This document shows, piece by piece, positions 38,146 through 47,738 of a stretch of 64,000 bases of DNA. A program made the translations under genes and the position numbers. The notes beneath the pieces are model-generated. The model was not told the origin of the DNA, searched no databases, and saw nothing but the letters and a program-made list of their open reading frames with translations. The first letter of the stretch is position 1; every line of letters starts with the position of its first letter. This DNA is from Dehalococcoidales bacterium (GTDB lineage: Bacteria > Chloroflexota > Dehalococcoidia > Dehalococcoidales > UBA5760), in the NCBI GenBank assembly GCA_034414575.1, contig DAOULZ010000024.1, forward strand, positions 9,150-73,149. Reading direction: 5' to 3'.

Positions 38146-39621
38146 TTATTTCTCTGATAGCTTACCGGCTTTTGCCCTGGCGATCAGCTCATCTTCGCGC
38201 TTTATATCCTCTAGTGTCTTGGGCTTTAACGCTGCCGGTGGCGTTTCTAAGCCGTATTTCCATTTCAGGAAGCGCAGCCCGGTAATCGGATAGAGGGCGG
38301 CGATGAGCACATCACCGATAGCCTGAGTTATGTCCTTGACCGCTTCTTTGGCTTTATCCAGTTCCGGCTCAAGCGTGTCAGCGGCGCGGCCGGTAATCGG
38401 GGTCTTGCCTCTCGGGTAGTGCTTGAGCACTATTTCCTGGATTTCAGGGTCAATGGGGGCGGGTGGTTTGCCATAAAGTCCATAGACATAGTCCTGTACT
38501 TGGCGTGAGATCAGTTTGTATCTGCCGACGAGGACATTCTGGACAGCCTGCACTCCCACAATCTGGCTGGTCGGGGTGACCAGGGGTGGATAGCCAAGCT
38601 CTCTTCGGACGCGTGGCACTTCTTGATATACCTCGTCAATTCTATCAAGAGCGTTAGATTCTCGTAGCTGAGCTACCAGGTTTGAGATCATGCCGCCGGG
38701 TACTTGGTGCATGAGGACGCCGGTGTCAATAACTGCGGTTCGGGTAGTATTTAAGAAGTCCCGGTACTTGGGGGCGATGGATTCAAAATATTGTCCCAGC
38801 TTAAATAGTTGAGCTAGATCAAGCCCTGTGTCCCGTGGAGTTTCCTGTAAGGTAACAACAATAGGTTCCACCGCCGGGTGCGAGGTGCGTAGGGCAAAGG
38901 GAGCCAGGGCAGTATCAATAATGTCCACCCCGGCCTCAATCGCCTTAAGACAGCTCATTGAGGCCATACCACTGGTGTAGTGGGTATGGAGGTGTACCGG
39001 TATCCTTAGCGCCTCTTTGAGGGACTTGGTTAGTTTATAGGCGTCATCAGGGGCGATAAGCCCAGCCATATCCTTGATACACAGACTGTCAGCCCCCATA
39101 TCCTGAAGAACGCGGGCCTTATTGACATAATAATTGAGATTATACACTGGCCCACCCATTTTGCGTTCGGTGAGGGAGTAGCAAATGGAGAGCTGGGCGT
39201 GCTTACCGCATTCCTTAATTGCCTTGAGGGCGGTTTCAAAGTTGCGCTCGTCATTGACCGCGTCAAATACCCGGAAGATATCAATGCCTACCTCAGCCGC
39301 GTGGTGGACAAAAGCGGTGACCACATCATCGGCATAGTGGCGATAACCCACCAGGTTCTGCCCCCGGAGCAGCATCTGCAGGGGGGTATCGGGCATTAAT
39401 TTCTTCAGGATGCGGGGTCTCTCCCAGGGGTCTTCGTTTAAGAATCTGGTGGGGACATCAAAGGTGGCGCCACCCCAGACCTCCATAGAGTAGAAGCCGA
39501 CTTTGTTCATCTCGCTGGCGATGGCTGCCATATCCTCGGTTCGCATTCTGGTGGCTAGTATCGATTGATGCCCGTCGCGGAAGGTAACGTCGGTAATTTT
39601 TAGCGGGTTTGTCTTTACCAT
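38146..39621 (-). CDS. Carboxyltransferase of the oxaloacetate decarboxylase alpha / transcarboxylase 5S / PycB family, lacking a biotinyl domain
   Basis: ITDVTFRDGHQS start and HLHTHYTSGMA metal-site block. At 491 aa it ends without any AMKM biotin-attachment region, so it resembles the 5S subunit most. Confidence 0.75.
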   Translation of the reverse strand: MVKTNPLKITDVTFRDGHQSILATRMRTEDMAAIASEMNKVGFYSMEVWGGATFDVPTRFLNEDPWERPRILKKLMPDTPLQMLLRGQNLVGYRHYADDVVTAFVHHAAEVGIDIFRVFDAVNDERNFETALKAIKECGKHAQLSICYSLTERKMGGPVYNLNYYVNKARVLQDMGADSLCIKDMAGLIAPDDAYKLTKSLKEALRIPVHLHTHYTSGMASMSCLKAIEAGVDIIDTALAPFALRTSHPAVEPIVVTLQETPRDTGLDLAQLFKLGQYFESIAPKYRDFLNTTRTAVIDTGVLMHQVPGGMISNLVAQLRESNALDRIDEVYQEVPRVRRELGYPPLVTPTSQIVGVQAVQNVLVGRYKLISRQVQDYVYGLYGKPPAPIDPEIQEIVLKHYPRGKTPITGRAADTLEPELDKAKEAVKDITQAIGDVLIAALYPITGLRFLKWKYGLETPPAALKPKTLEDIKREDELIARAKAGKLSEK

Positions 39622-39804
39622 TAGGCCACCTCTGTTTAGCTTTAATCATTCCATGTGATATTGTCCATTGAGATGCCCGCGTTTTTCACTGGACTGTTTA
39701 CATTACAATGGCTCTCCAGTATATATCCATTATTCTTAAGCAGCCGGGCGGCATCACTGGGTTTATCTGCTACCGTTACCCCGGCGGCATTAGAGGCCTT
39801 AATC

Positions 39805-40275
39805 TTAGACTCTGCTTATGTATATATGATGTCCGTGGTTACTTTGCTTACCTTTTTGTTGTCCTACTGCCTTTTCCTTCTTTGACTCAACTAGTTCAAT
39901 TGATACCCTATTAGTTCCGCGAGGGTGCAGAAAAGCTACCTTGGTATCCCCAGCACCGATCCTTGGTTTTTCATCGACGAGTGGAATCTCCTGCGCTTTG
40001 AGTGAATTCAGCGTCGCCTCGATGTCGCTAACCTCTAAGGCTAGGTGGTGTAGCCCCTCCCCCCTTTTTTCAATGAACCTGGCAATTACCCCTTCGGGGT
40101 CGGTTGACTCTATTAACTCAATCTTGCTTTCGCCTACGGGGATCATGGCAACCTTTACCTTCTGCGACTCTAGAATCTCAACATGCTTAATCTTCAGTCC
40201 CAGGGCGGTATATGACTTAGCAGCTTCCTCAATGCTATTTACGGCAATCCCAATGTGGTTAATATTTTGGATCAC
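39805..40275 (-). CDS. mce: Methylmalonyl-CoA epimerase (glyoxalase/VOC fold)
   Basis: [14 protein letters not shown]...IELIE...[11 protein letters not shown]...[16 protein letters not shown]. The ORF carries a ~25-aa basic C-terminal tail of doubtful significance. Confidence 0.85.
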   Translation of the reverse strand: MIQNINHIGIAVNSIEEAAKSYTALGLKIKHVEILESQKVKVAMIPVGESKIELIESTDPEGVIARFIEKRGEGLHHLALEVSDIEATLNSLKAQEIPLVDEKPRIGAGDTKVAFLHPRGTNRVSIELVESKKEKAVGQQKGKQSNHGHHIYISRV

Positions 40276-40678
40276 AACTCTCCTCCGCTAGTTTTTCTCT
40301 GATAAAATTGGCAATCTCCTCAATCGGTGTCCCCGGCCCAAAGGTTTGAGACATCCCCATTTGCTTCAGTTTAGACACATCATTCTTCGGTATGATGCCG
40401 CCGCCGATAAGCAGGATGTTCTTGCCGCCTTTCTCTCGGATAAGGTTAATTGTCTTAGGGAACAGGGTCAAATGAGCCCCGGATAGGCAGCTTAAGCCCA
40501 CCACATCCACATCTTCTTTGATTGCCACTTCAGCAATCTGCTCAGGTGTTAGTCGTAATCCGAGGTAAATTACCTCCATCCCGGCATCCCTCAGACCCTG
40601 GGCCAAAAACTTAACCCCCCGGTCATGCCCATCCAGTCCTGGTTTGGCAATCAAGACGCGTATCTTTCTGTTAGGCAC
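40259..40678 (-). CDS. Methylmalonyl-CoA mutase, separate B12-binding small subunit
   Basis: 139 aa. The DxHxxG cobalamin-binding motif occurs as [11 protein letters not shown], and GGGIIP lies near the C-terminus. Confidence 0.85.
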   Translation of the reverse strand: MPNRKIRVLIAKPGLDGHDRGVKFLAQGLRDAGMEVIYLGLRLTPEQIAEVAIKEDVDVVGLSCLSGAHLTLFPKTINLIREKGGKNILLIGGGIIPKNDVSKLKQMGMSQTFGPGTPIEEIANFIREKLAEESCDPKY

Positions 40679-40690
40679 GATAGATACTCC

Positions 40691-42310
40691 CTAAATTATA
40701 CTTGGCTCTCGGTACTCTCCAAAGATATACCGGAGAGCGTCGCTTATTTCCCCGATGGTGGCGTAGGCCTCAACCGCCTCAATTAGCACCGGCATGATAT
40801 TCTCATCGCTCCGAGCCACATCGCACACTCTGTCCAGCACCTTCCCCACCTGGTGGTTATCTCTTTCTTGCTTTAGCTTCTTTAGCCTGGCGACCTGTCT
40901 TTTCTCCGTTTCGGCACTGATCTCCAGAAGCTCGGTAGCTGGCTCCTCTTTCGATTCAAATTTGTTAACGCCCACGATAACCTGCTCCCCAGAGTCTACG
41001 GCTCTTTGATAATTATAGGCTGATTGAGCGATTTCCTTCTGGATATATGCCTTTTCTATTGCCTTTAGCGCCCCACCCATCTTATCAATCTCAGCGATGT
41101 ATCTGGTTGCCCTGTCTTCTATTTGCTTGGTTAGCCATTCTATATAATATGAGCCACCGAGCGGGTCGACGGTGTCGGCGACACCGCTTTCGTGGGCAAT
41201 TATCTGCTGGGTTCTTAAGGCAACCTGTACTGCTTGCTCGCTGGGCAGAGCCAGCGCTTCGTCGAAGGAGTTGGTATGTAGCGACTGACAGCCACCCAAT
41301 ACCGCTGCTAGAGCCTGTAGGCTTACCCGGACAACGTTATTCAGCGGTTGCTGCTCGGTAAGGGTAAAGCCGTCGGTTTGAACGTGAAACCTCAGCATCA
41401 TGGACCTGGGGTTCTTGGCGCCGAACCTTTCTTTCATTATTTTGGCCCACATGCGGCGTAAAGCCCTGAACTTGGCTACCTCCTCCAGAACGTTGGTGTA
41501 AGCGGCAAAAAAGAAGGAGAAGCGGGGGGCGAAGGAATCAACATCCATTCCCTTCTCTATCATTGCCTTAACGTAGGCAATCCCGTTGGCAAGCGTAAAA
41601 CCAACTTCTTGAGCGGCAGTAGCTCCCGCCTCCCGCATATGGTAGCCGCTAATGCTTATTGAGTTCCACTGGGGCAGGTTCTGGGCACAGTAGGTGCAGA
41701 GGTCAGTGACGAGGCGCATTGACGGAGCCGGGGCAAAAATATAGGTGTTTCTGGCGATGTACTCCTTCAGGATATCATTCTGGACAGTTCCCCTGAGTTT
41801 ATCAGCGGCTGCCCCCTGCTTCTCGGCGGCGGCAATGTACATCGCCAGTAAGATAGCGGCGGTGGCGTTGATAGTCATTGAGGTGCTTACTTCAGCTAAC
41901 GGAATCCCCTCCCATAGCCTCTCCATGTCCGCAAGCGAGTCTATGGCGACCCCGCATTGGCCTACCTCTCCTGCCGAAAGTGGGTGGTCTGAATCATAAC
42001 CCTCCTGGGTGGGTAGGTGAAAGGCAACGCTAAACCCGGTCTGTCCCTGTTCGTAGAGATACTTGTAGCGCTGGTTCGTCTCCTCTACGGTAGCAAAACC
42101 GGCGTACTGGCGCATTGTCCAGAGCCTAGTTCGATAACCAGTGGGCATTATGTGCCTGGTATAGGGGTATTCGCCAGGAAGAGGAATATACTCCTCCCGG
42201 CACTGGTTCATGTCGGTTGGGGTATATACTCGGTTAACTACCGTGCCACCAACGGTGGTTATAAATTTATTTTTCCTCTCGGGTTTCTCTGCCCTCTTCT
42301 TTTCCAACAT
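40691..42310 (-). CDS. Methylmalonyl-CoA mutase, large (substrate-binding TIM-barrel) subunit
   Basis: 539 aa. The [21 protein letters not shown] and GYHMREAGA blocks are diagnostic. Confidence 0.9.
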   Translation of the reverse strand: MLEKKRAEKPERKNKFITTVGGTVVNRVYTPTDMNQCREEYIPLPGEYPYTRHIMPTGYRTRLWTMRQYAGFATVEETNQRYKYLYEQGQTGFSVAFHLPTQEGYDSDHPLSAGEVGQCGVAIDSLADMERLWEGIPLAEVSTSMTINATAAILLAMYIAAAEKQGAAADKLRGTVQNDILKEYIARNTYIFAPAPSMRLVTDLCTYCAQNLPQWNSISISGYHMREAGATAAQEVGFTLANGIAYVKAMIEKGMDVDSFAPRFSFFFAAYTNVLEEVAKFRALRRMWAKIMKERFGAKNPRSMMLRFHVQTDGFTLTEQQPLNNVVRVSLQALAAVLGGCQSLHTNSFDEALALPSEQAVQVALRTQQIIAHESGVADTVDPLGGSYYIEWLTKQIEDRATRYIAEIDKMGGALKAIEKAYIQKEIAQSAYNYQRAVDSGEQVIVGVNKFESKEEPATELLEISAETEKRQVARLKKLKQERDNHQVGKVLDRVCDVARSDENIMPVLIEAVEAYATIGEISDALRYIFGEYREPSII

Positions 42311-42348
42311 ACCTCTTGCCTAACCTAGTATCAGGCGATAGTAGCTAC

Positions 42349-43082
42349 TTAGCGGTGCGTTTCTTTAACTGAGCACTCTTCTTGAATAAGCCGAGCCATA
42401 ATTCTAGCAGGTTTTACGGCGTTTGTCTATCTCATGGTAGAGTTCCTCGATACCGATATCGTTTATGGCTTGAGTTACCATAGCGGCTGGTTCGGTTTTC
42501 CGTGACCATATGCCCGTACCGCTTTAAACTCATCAACCAGTCTCTCGGCTCCATCACAGTCGGCTTTATTGACCACGATTATGTCGGCTACCTAGGCGAT
42601 GTTTAATTTATTCTGTCCAGAGCCGACGGTCTCGATGGTGATAACATCCTTGCCGAAGGCGTCGAGCAAGCCTATGGTCGCGGCGACAGCAAGAGACAAG
42701 CCTCCATGGCTATCTCTGGCGGCCATGCTGCGAGTAAACACACCCTCATCCAGGTAGTGCTGGTGCATCCTTACCCTATCACCCAACACGGCGCCGCCGC
42801 TGATGGGGCTGGTAGGATCCACAGTGATAATTCCCACTGAAAGCCCCCTGTCTCTAAGCTTGCTGGCTAGTTTATCCACTAGGGTACTCTTTCCGGCGCC
42901 GGGGGGCCAGTAATACCGATGCGGTATGCTTTACCGCAGTGGGGCTGCAGTATTTCCAGCGTTTCAGGAAGGGCTGGGCTTTCGTTCTCTGCCATAGAGA
43001 TTAGCTGCGCCAGGGATTTCTTGTCGCCGGCCAGCATGTTGTTTACCAGTTCCGTTACCCTGGAGGTTATTACCGTAGGCAT
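42349..43082 (-). pseudogene. meaB: Disrupted meaB/argK (methylmalonyl-CoA mutase G-protein chaperone)
   Basis: The P-loop reads GITGPP then shifts frame at the C-run at 42901-42906 (expected GITGPPGAGKSTLVDKL). There is an in-frame TAG at 42592-42594. About 25-30 aa are missing between ETVGSGQ and ADIIVVNKAD. At least one more frameshift precedes ...INDIGIEELYHEIDKRR. Confidence 0.8.
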
Positions 43083-43213
43083 CCTCCTCGGTAGTCTATT
43101 TTACTATATTTACCCTCCTTGAACAAAATATGTTAGCTTCTCGTTAAGTAGGTCTGGCCTGTTTGCTAGTAGCTACCTGGAGTAACCCGCAGGCTGTGGC
43201 TTACCCACCACTA

Positions 43214-43241
43214 TTGACAAAAATGTGGTTTTGGTTATAAT
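43214..43241 (+). promoter_or_regulatory. Near-consensus sigma70-type promoter upstream of the ferritin-like gene
   Basis: TTGACA (43214-43219), 16-nt spacer, TATAAT (43236-43241). The palindrome GTTATaATAAC (43234-43244) overlaps the -10 element. Confidence 0.5.
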
Positions 43242-43288
43242 AACGGACACAGGTTTGCCAAGGGGGCAAATTGGAAAGGAGGTACAGG

Positions 43289-43840
43289 ATGGCTAAAGTA
43301 GCGCGGGAGATGGTAGAAAAAGCGGGGATCAATCTGGACGAACTTTTGGAGCTACTAGTGAACAATGCTTCTGCCGAGCTGACCACCTACTACTATTACA
43401 CGATTTTGCGCGTGAACCTGATCGGGATGGAGGGGGAGACAGTTAAGGAGATTGCTGAGGTAGCCCGGGTTGAGGACCGCAATCACTTTGAAGCACTGGT
43501 GCCCAGAATTTACGAACTGGGTGGTAAATTGCCCGAGAGTATGGTGGACTTCCATAACCGCTCCGCCTGTCGCCCGGCCAGTTTGCCCAAGGACCCGAAG
43601 GACGTCATGGCCGTGCTTAAGGTTCTGGTAGAGGCGGAGAGATGTGCTGTGAGGGGATATACCCACATCTGTAATCTGACCGTGGGTAGGGATCACCGCA
43701 CCTATGACCTAGCCCTGGCGATTCTCAATGAGGAAATTGAGCATGAGTCGTGGTTTTCCGAGTTTCTGGGCGAGGGTCCTTCCGGTCACTTTATGCGTCG
43801 TGGCGAAACCTCTCCTTTCGTCTCCAAGTTCCTTAAGTAA
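43289..43840 (+). CDS. Ferritin-like diiron protein, DpsL/bacterioferritin-related
   Basis: 183 aa from the ATG at 43289, preceded by AAAGGAGG. It looks like a four-helix-bundle ferritin-like protein with Glu/His ligand patterns (SAELTTYYYY...EDRNHFE...EAERCAVRGY...NEEIEHESW). Confidence 0.65.
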   Translation: MAKVAREMVEKAGINLDELLELLVNNASAELTTYYYYTILRVNLIGMEGETVKEIAEVARVEDRNHFEALVPRIYELGGKLPESMVDFHNRSACRPASLPKDPKDVMAVLKVLVEAERCAVRGYTHICNLTVGRDHRTYDLALAILNEEIEHESWFSEFLGEGPSGHFMRRGETSPFVSKFLK

Positions 43841-43914
43841 GGGGTGCTGGAAGCCTACCCCCAAAAATCCGGAACAGCGAGGTACAGCCTAAGCACGGCT
43901 AGAAGGGCGGGTGA

Positions 43915-44727
43915 ATGACTGACCTCCTACAGAACCTTCACCCGGTGGTGCAGGCTCTGGTGGCCACCTGCTTTACCTGGGCAATGACTGCCGTCGGAGC
44001 CGCAGCCGTATTCATGGCCAGGGGGATCAAGCGGAAGACACTTGACGTCATGCTTGGTTTCGCGGGTGGGGTGATGGTGGCCGCCAGTTACTGGTCGCTC
44101 TTGGCTCCGGCTATTGAGCTCTCAGCCGGCAAGGATGTTCCCGCCTGGGTTCCGGCAGTCGTTGGTTTCCTGGCCGGGGCGGGTTTCTTAAGGGGCATTG
44201 ACAAGGTACTGCCTCATCTTCACCTTGGTTTTCCAACCAAGGAAGCTGAAGGGGTTAAAACAGGCTGGCGGCGGAGCACGCTGCTCGTTCTGGCGATAAC
44301 CATACACAATATCCCCGAGGGTCTGGCGGTTGGGGTTGCCTTTGGAGCCTTGGCCTCTGGTTTACCTTCGGCTACCTTGGCGGCAGCGGTGACGCTGGCT
44401 ATCGGTATCGGCATTCAGAATCTTCCGGAAGGGCTGGCTGTTTCCGTTGCCCTGCGCCGTGAGGGAATGTCGCGCCGCCGAAGTTTCTGGTACGGCCAGT
44501 TATCAGGGCTGGTGGAACCGGTGGCCGGTGTTATTGGGGCAGCGGCGGTTATTTCTGCCCAGCCGATACTTCCCTACGCCTTGGCCTTTGCCGCCGGTGC
44601 CATGATTTTTGTCGTGATTGAGGAGGTAATCCCGGAATCTCAGCGTGGTGGTAATACCGATTTAGCTACCATGGGGGCGATGATTGGTTTTGCGGTCATG
44701 ATGCTACTTGACGTCGCCTTTGGCTAG
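43915..44727 (+). CDS. zupT: ZIP-family divalent metal (Zn2+) transporter
   Basis: 270 aa with about 8 TM segments. The paired motifs HNIPEGLAVG and QNLPEGLAVS are typical of ZupT/GufA. Confidence 0.85.
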   Translation: MTDLLQNLHPVVQALVATCFTWAMTAVGAAAVFMARGIKRKTLDVMLGFAGGVMVAASYWSLLAPAIELSAGKDVPAWVPAVVGFLAGAGFLRGIDKVLPHLHLGFPTKEAEGVKTGWRRSTLLVLAITIHNIPEGLAVGVAFGALASGLPSATLAAAVTLAIGIGIQNLPEGLAVSVALRREGMSRRRSFWYGQLSGLVEPVAGVIGAAAVISAQPILPYALAFAAGAMIFVVIEEVIPESQRGGNTDLATMGAMIGFAVMMLLDVAFG

Positions 44728-44748
44728 AATTAAGCACTTGGTTCGGCA

Positions 44749-45009
44749 ATGCGAACTTTTACCAAAGAAGAACTAGCAAAATATGACGGGCGTAACGGCA
44801 TCGCCTATGTTGCCTGTCACGGCAAGGTGTATGATGTTTCCCAGAGTTTCCTGTGGCAGCGGGGCCGGCATCAGGTTGTTCATCATGCCGGCGGTGACCT
44901 GACCGAAGCCCTGAAGGGGGCTCCCCACGGATCCGAACTGCTTGAGAGATTTCCGGTGGTCGGCAGGTTGCTTAGACCAGAAGACCCTAGCCATTCCGGT
45001 CCCCGCTGA
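44749..45009 (+). CDS. Small cytochrome b5-like heme/steroid-binding-domain protein
   Basis: 86 aa. FTKEELAKYDGRNG...YVACHGKVYDVS...HAGGDLTEAL fits the b5-like/PGRMC-like domain. Confidence 0.6.
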   Translation: MRTFTKEELAKYDGRNGIAYVACHGKVYDVSQSFLWQRGRHQVVHHAGGDLTEALKGAPHGSELLERFPVVGRLLRPEDPSHSGPR

Positions 45010-45064
45010 GCTATAATAAAACAGTTCCGTAGCCTGAGGGTTGTTTTAAGAGTAAGGCGGGATT

Positions 45065-46237
45065 GTGAAGATAGCAGAGCTAAAGGCCTTAGTCATTAGT
45101 GAAGTGGATGCCCACCGCCAGCTACTTAACAAGCTCAGCCTAAAGATCCATGCTAACCCGGAACTTGGTTTCCAGGAAACCAGGGCGGCTGGCTGGCTAA
45201 CCGAGTACCTGGTAAAAAATGGCTTCTCCATAGAGCCAGGCTTCTGCGAGCTAGCAACTGCTTTTCGGGGAGGCTACGGAGAGGGAGAGCCTAAAGTTGC
45301 CATTCTGGCGGAATATGATGCCCTCCCCAAGCTGGGGCATGCCTGTGGTCATAATATTATTGCTGCCAGCGCCGTTGGGGCTGGGGTAGCCTGTAAGGCA
45401 GTAGTTGATCAGCTTGGGGGTATCATCCTCATCATCGGCACCCCGGCGGAAGAGATTTACGGGGGCAAGGTGATAATGGCTGATAGGGGAGCCTTCGATA
45501 ATGTTGATGTTGCCATGATGGTGCATCCGGGGACGCATGATACCGCGACCACCCAGGCTCTTACCTGCCAAACCCTGGAGGTTGAGTTCTGGGGCAGGGC
45601 AGTTCATGCTGCGGCGCACCCTGAGGCGGGTATTAATGCCCTGGAGGCCATGGTTCAGTCCTTTAATGCGGTGAATTCGCTGCGCCAGCATATTAAGAGT
45701 AAAGCCCGCATTCACGGGATTATTACTGACGGTGGGGAGGCAGCTAATATCGTTCCTGCTCACAGTGCCGGTACCTTTATCGTGCGGGCAGAAGGCAACG
45801 AATACCTTGGTGAACTAAAGCAGCGGGTCTTGAATTGCTTTGCGGGTGCGGCTACTGCCACCGGGGCTCGGCTGGAGTATAAGTGGGGAGAGGTCGGGTA
45901 TGCGGCCATGCGTGATAACCTGACCCTGGCTCGACTGTTTAAGCAGAATATGGAGTCGCTGGGGCGTAAGGTTAGTCTCACTGATCCAGATGGCGTCTTC
46001 GGGAGCACCGATATGGGTAACGTCAGTCAACTGGTGCCCAGCATTCACTCTGAGGTCGCCATAGCTCCCGATGATGTAATTATCCATTCCCCTGAATTTG
46101 CTCTGGCGGCAGCCTCAGAGGCCGGAAGTCGTGGTCTCCTTGATGCCGCTAAGGCGATGGCCATGACGGTTGTTGACCTAATCGCTAATCCTGAGGCAGT
46201 AAGCAAGGTTAAAGAGGAGTTTCGACAGGGAAAATGA
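45065..46237 (+). CDS. M20-family amidohydrolase (M20D/AbgB-like)
   Basis: 390 aa. It has the metal-site motif GHACGHNII and the GTPAEE block. GTG start. Confidence 0.75.
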   Translation: MKIAELKALVISEVDAHRQLLNKLSLKIHANPELGFQETRAAGWLTEYLVKNGFSIEPGFCELATAFRGGYGEGEPKVAILAEYDALPKLGHACGHNIIAASAVGAGVACKAVVDQLGGIILIIGTPAEEIYGGKVIMADRGAFDNVDVAMMVHPGTHDTATTQALTCQTLEVEFWGRAVHAAAHPEAGINALEAMVQSFNAVNSLRQHIKSKARIHGIITDGGEAANIVPAHSAGTFIVRAEGNEYLGELKQRVLNCFAGAATATGARLEYKWGEVGYAAMRDNLTLARLFKQNMESLGRKVSLTDPDGVFGSTDMGNVSQLVPSIHSEVAIAPDDVIIHSPEFALAAASEAGSRGLLDAAKAMAMTVVDLIANPEAVSKVKEEFRQGK

Positions 46238-46271
46238 AGAGTAAGGTTACGGAGAAATCTAAGCCGAGGAA

Positions 46272-47207
46272 GTGAGCATAAGATTGGCAGATAGTCTTAA
46301 AAACTATGAGGTTATTATTATCGGTGGTGGTCCGGCGGGGCTTAGCGCCGGAATCTACACGGCTAGAGCCAGACTGAGTAGCCTCCTTATCGAGAGGGGG
46401 CTTGTCGGCGGTCAGATAGTAAATGCCGAGCGGCTAGATAACTACCCGGGTTTCCCGGGTGGTATTAGTGGTACCAAGCTGGCTGAGTTGATGGAGGAGC
46501 AGGCGACCAAATATGGCCTGGAAACTGCCATAGCTGAGGTTACCGGGATAGAGCTTCGAGAAGGGCAGAGGGTTATCAAGACTACTGAAGGTGACTTTAC
46601 GGCGAGGGCACTTATTATCGCCGGGGGCTGTCACCGGCAGAAGCTGGGGGTAGTGGGGGAAGAGGAGTTTATCGGTAAGGGGGTGTCCTACTGTGCTACT
46701 TGTGACGGGGCTCTCTTTAGGGAGCTACCAGTAGCGGTAGTTGGTGGTGGCAATGCTGCCATTACCGAAGCGCTGCATCTGGCTAAGTTTGCCACCAGGG
46801 TTAGCGTAATTCACCGCCGCGACCAGCTCCGTGCCACCCCCATCCTGCAGGAAAAGGCCTTCTCCGAGCCCAAGATAGATTTCCTGTGGAATAGTGTGGT
46901 TCAGAAGATTGAGGGCGAAGATTTGGTTAACCGAATCAGACTGCGCAATGTGAAAACTGGCGAGGAATCTACCCTGGATATATCCGGGGTCTTTGTCTCC
47001 ATTGGCTTCATTCCCAATACCGAGTATCTTAAGGGCGTTTTACCTCTGGATAAGGCGGGGGCGGTAATTACCAATAGTAGTATGGAGACTGAGATAGCCG
47101 GCATTTTTGCCGCCGGTGATATCCGCCGGGACTCCCCCCGGCAGGTGATTGCCGCTGCCGGTGACGGGGCTACCGCCGCCATTGGGGCGACAAAATTTCT
47201 TGCCTAA
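46272..47207 (+). CDS. trxB: Thioredoxin-disulfide reductase
   Basis: GGGPAG FAD fold, redox-active CATCDG, GGGNAA NADPH fold and the AAGD C-terminal FAD motif. 311 aa. Confidence 0.9.
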   Translation: MSIRLADSLKNYEVIIIGGGPAGLSAGIYTARARLSSLLIERGLVGGQIVNAERLDNYPGFPGGISGTKLAELMEEQATKYGLETAIAEVTGIELREGQRVIKTTEGDFTARALIIAGGCHRQKLGVVGEEEFIGKGVSYCATCDGALFRELPVAVVGGGNAAITEALHLAKFATRVSVIHRRDQLRATPILQEKAFSEPKIDFLWNSVVQKIEGEDLVNRIRLRNVKTGEESTLDISGVFVSIGFIPNTEYLKGVLPLDKAGAVITNSSMETEIAGIFAAGDIRRDSPRQVIAAAGDGATAAIGATKFLA

Positions 47208-47272
47208 CGGTTAAATAATGGGCTTTTACTCCATTTCTGGGTGCAGTATAATTGTTTTAGAAAGGTAGAACG

Positions 47273-47737
47273 ATGAAGGTCATTTTTCTTCAAGATGTGC
47301 CCCGTGTTGCTAGAGCTGGTGAGGTAAAGGAGGTAGCTAGCGGCTACGGTCGAAACTTCCTTATCCCCCAGGGGCTAGCTTTGCTGGCCAGTCCCCGGGC
47401 TATCAGTCTGGCGGAGGCACAGCAACGGGTAAAAGCCCGCCGGCAGGCGGAGAGTGAGGCGGAACTTCTGGAGCTGGCTCGGGAGCTGGATGATAAGGAG
47501 GTCACTCTTGAAGCCCGAGTTGGTGCCAAGGGTCACCTGTACGGCTCGATTACCAATGCTGATATTGCTGCCGAGCTGGAGGGTAGTGCCGGTCTGGTGG
47601 TTGATAAGAGAAAGATAGAGTTAGCCGAGCCCATTCGTGAGCTCGGTAGCTATGAGGTAGTCGTCAGATTGGGCAAGGAGATAGTGCCCCAAATAAGGGT
47701 TACTGTGGTTGGAAAGGTAGAAGAGGAGTCTAAATAG
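47273..47737 (+). CDS. rplI: 50S ribosomal protein L9
   Basis: MKVIFLQDV...[17 protein letters not shown] start. The rplI-dnaB order is conserved synteny. Confidence 0.95.
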   Translation: MKVIFLQDVPRVARAGEVKEVASGYGRNFLIPQGLALLASPRAISLAEAQQRVKARRQAESEAELLELARELDDKEVTLEARVGAKGHLYGSITNADIAAELEGSAGLVVDKRKIELAEPIRELGSYEVVVRLGKEIVPQIRVTVVGKVEEESK

Positions 47738-47738
47738 A

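Noticed and set aside
39622-39804. 183-nt gap between the epimerase and the carboxyltransferase gene, checked for a hidden small biotin-carrier (1.3S-like) ORF. The short direct repeat CCGG(G)CGGCAT occurring twice was also noted.
   Set aside because: The longest ORF there is about 19 codons, with no AMKM-type biotinylation motif. The repeat is only 10-11 nt and has no obvious structure.
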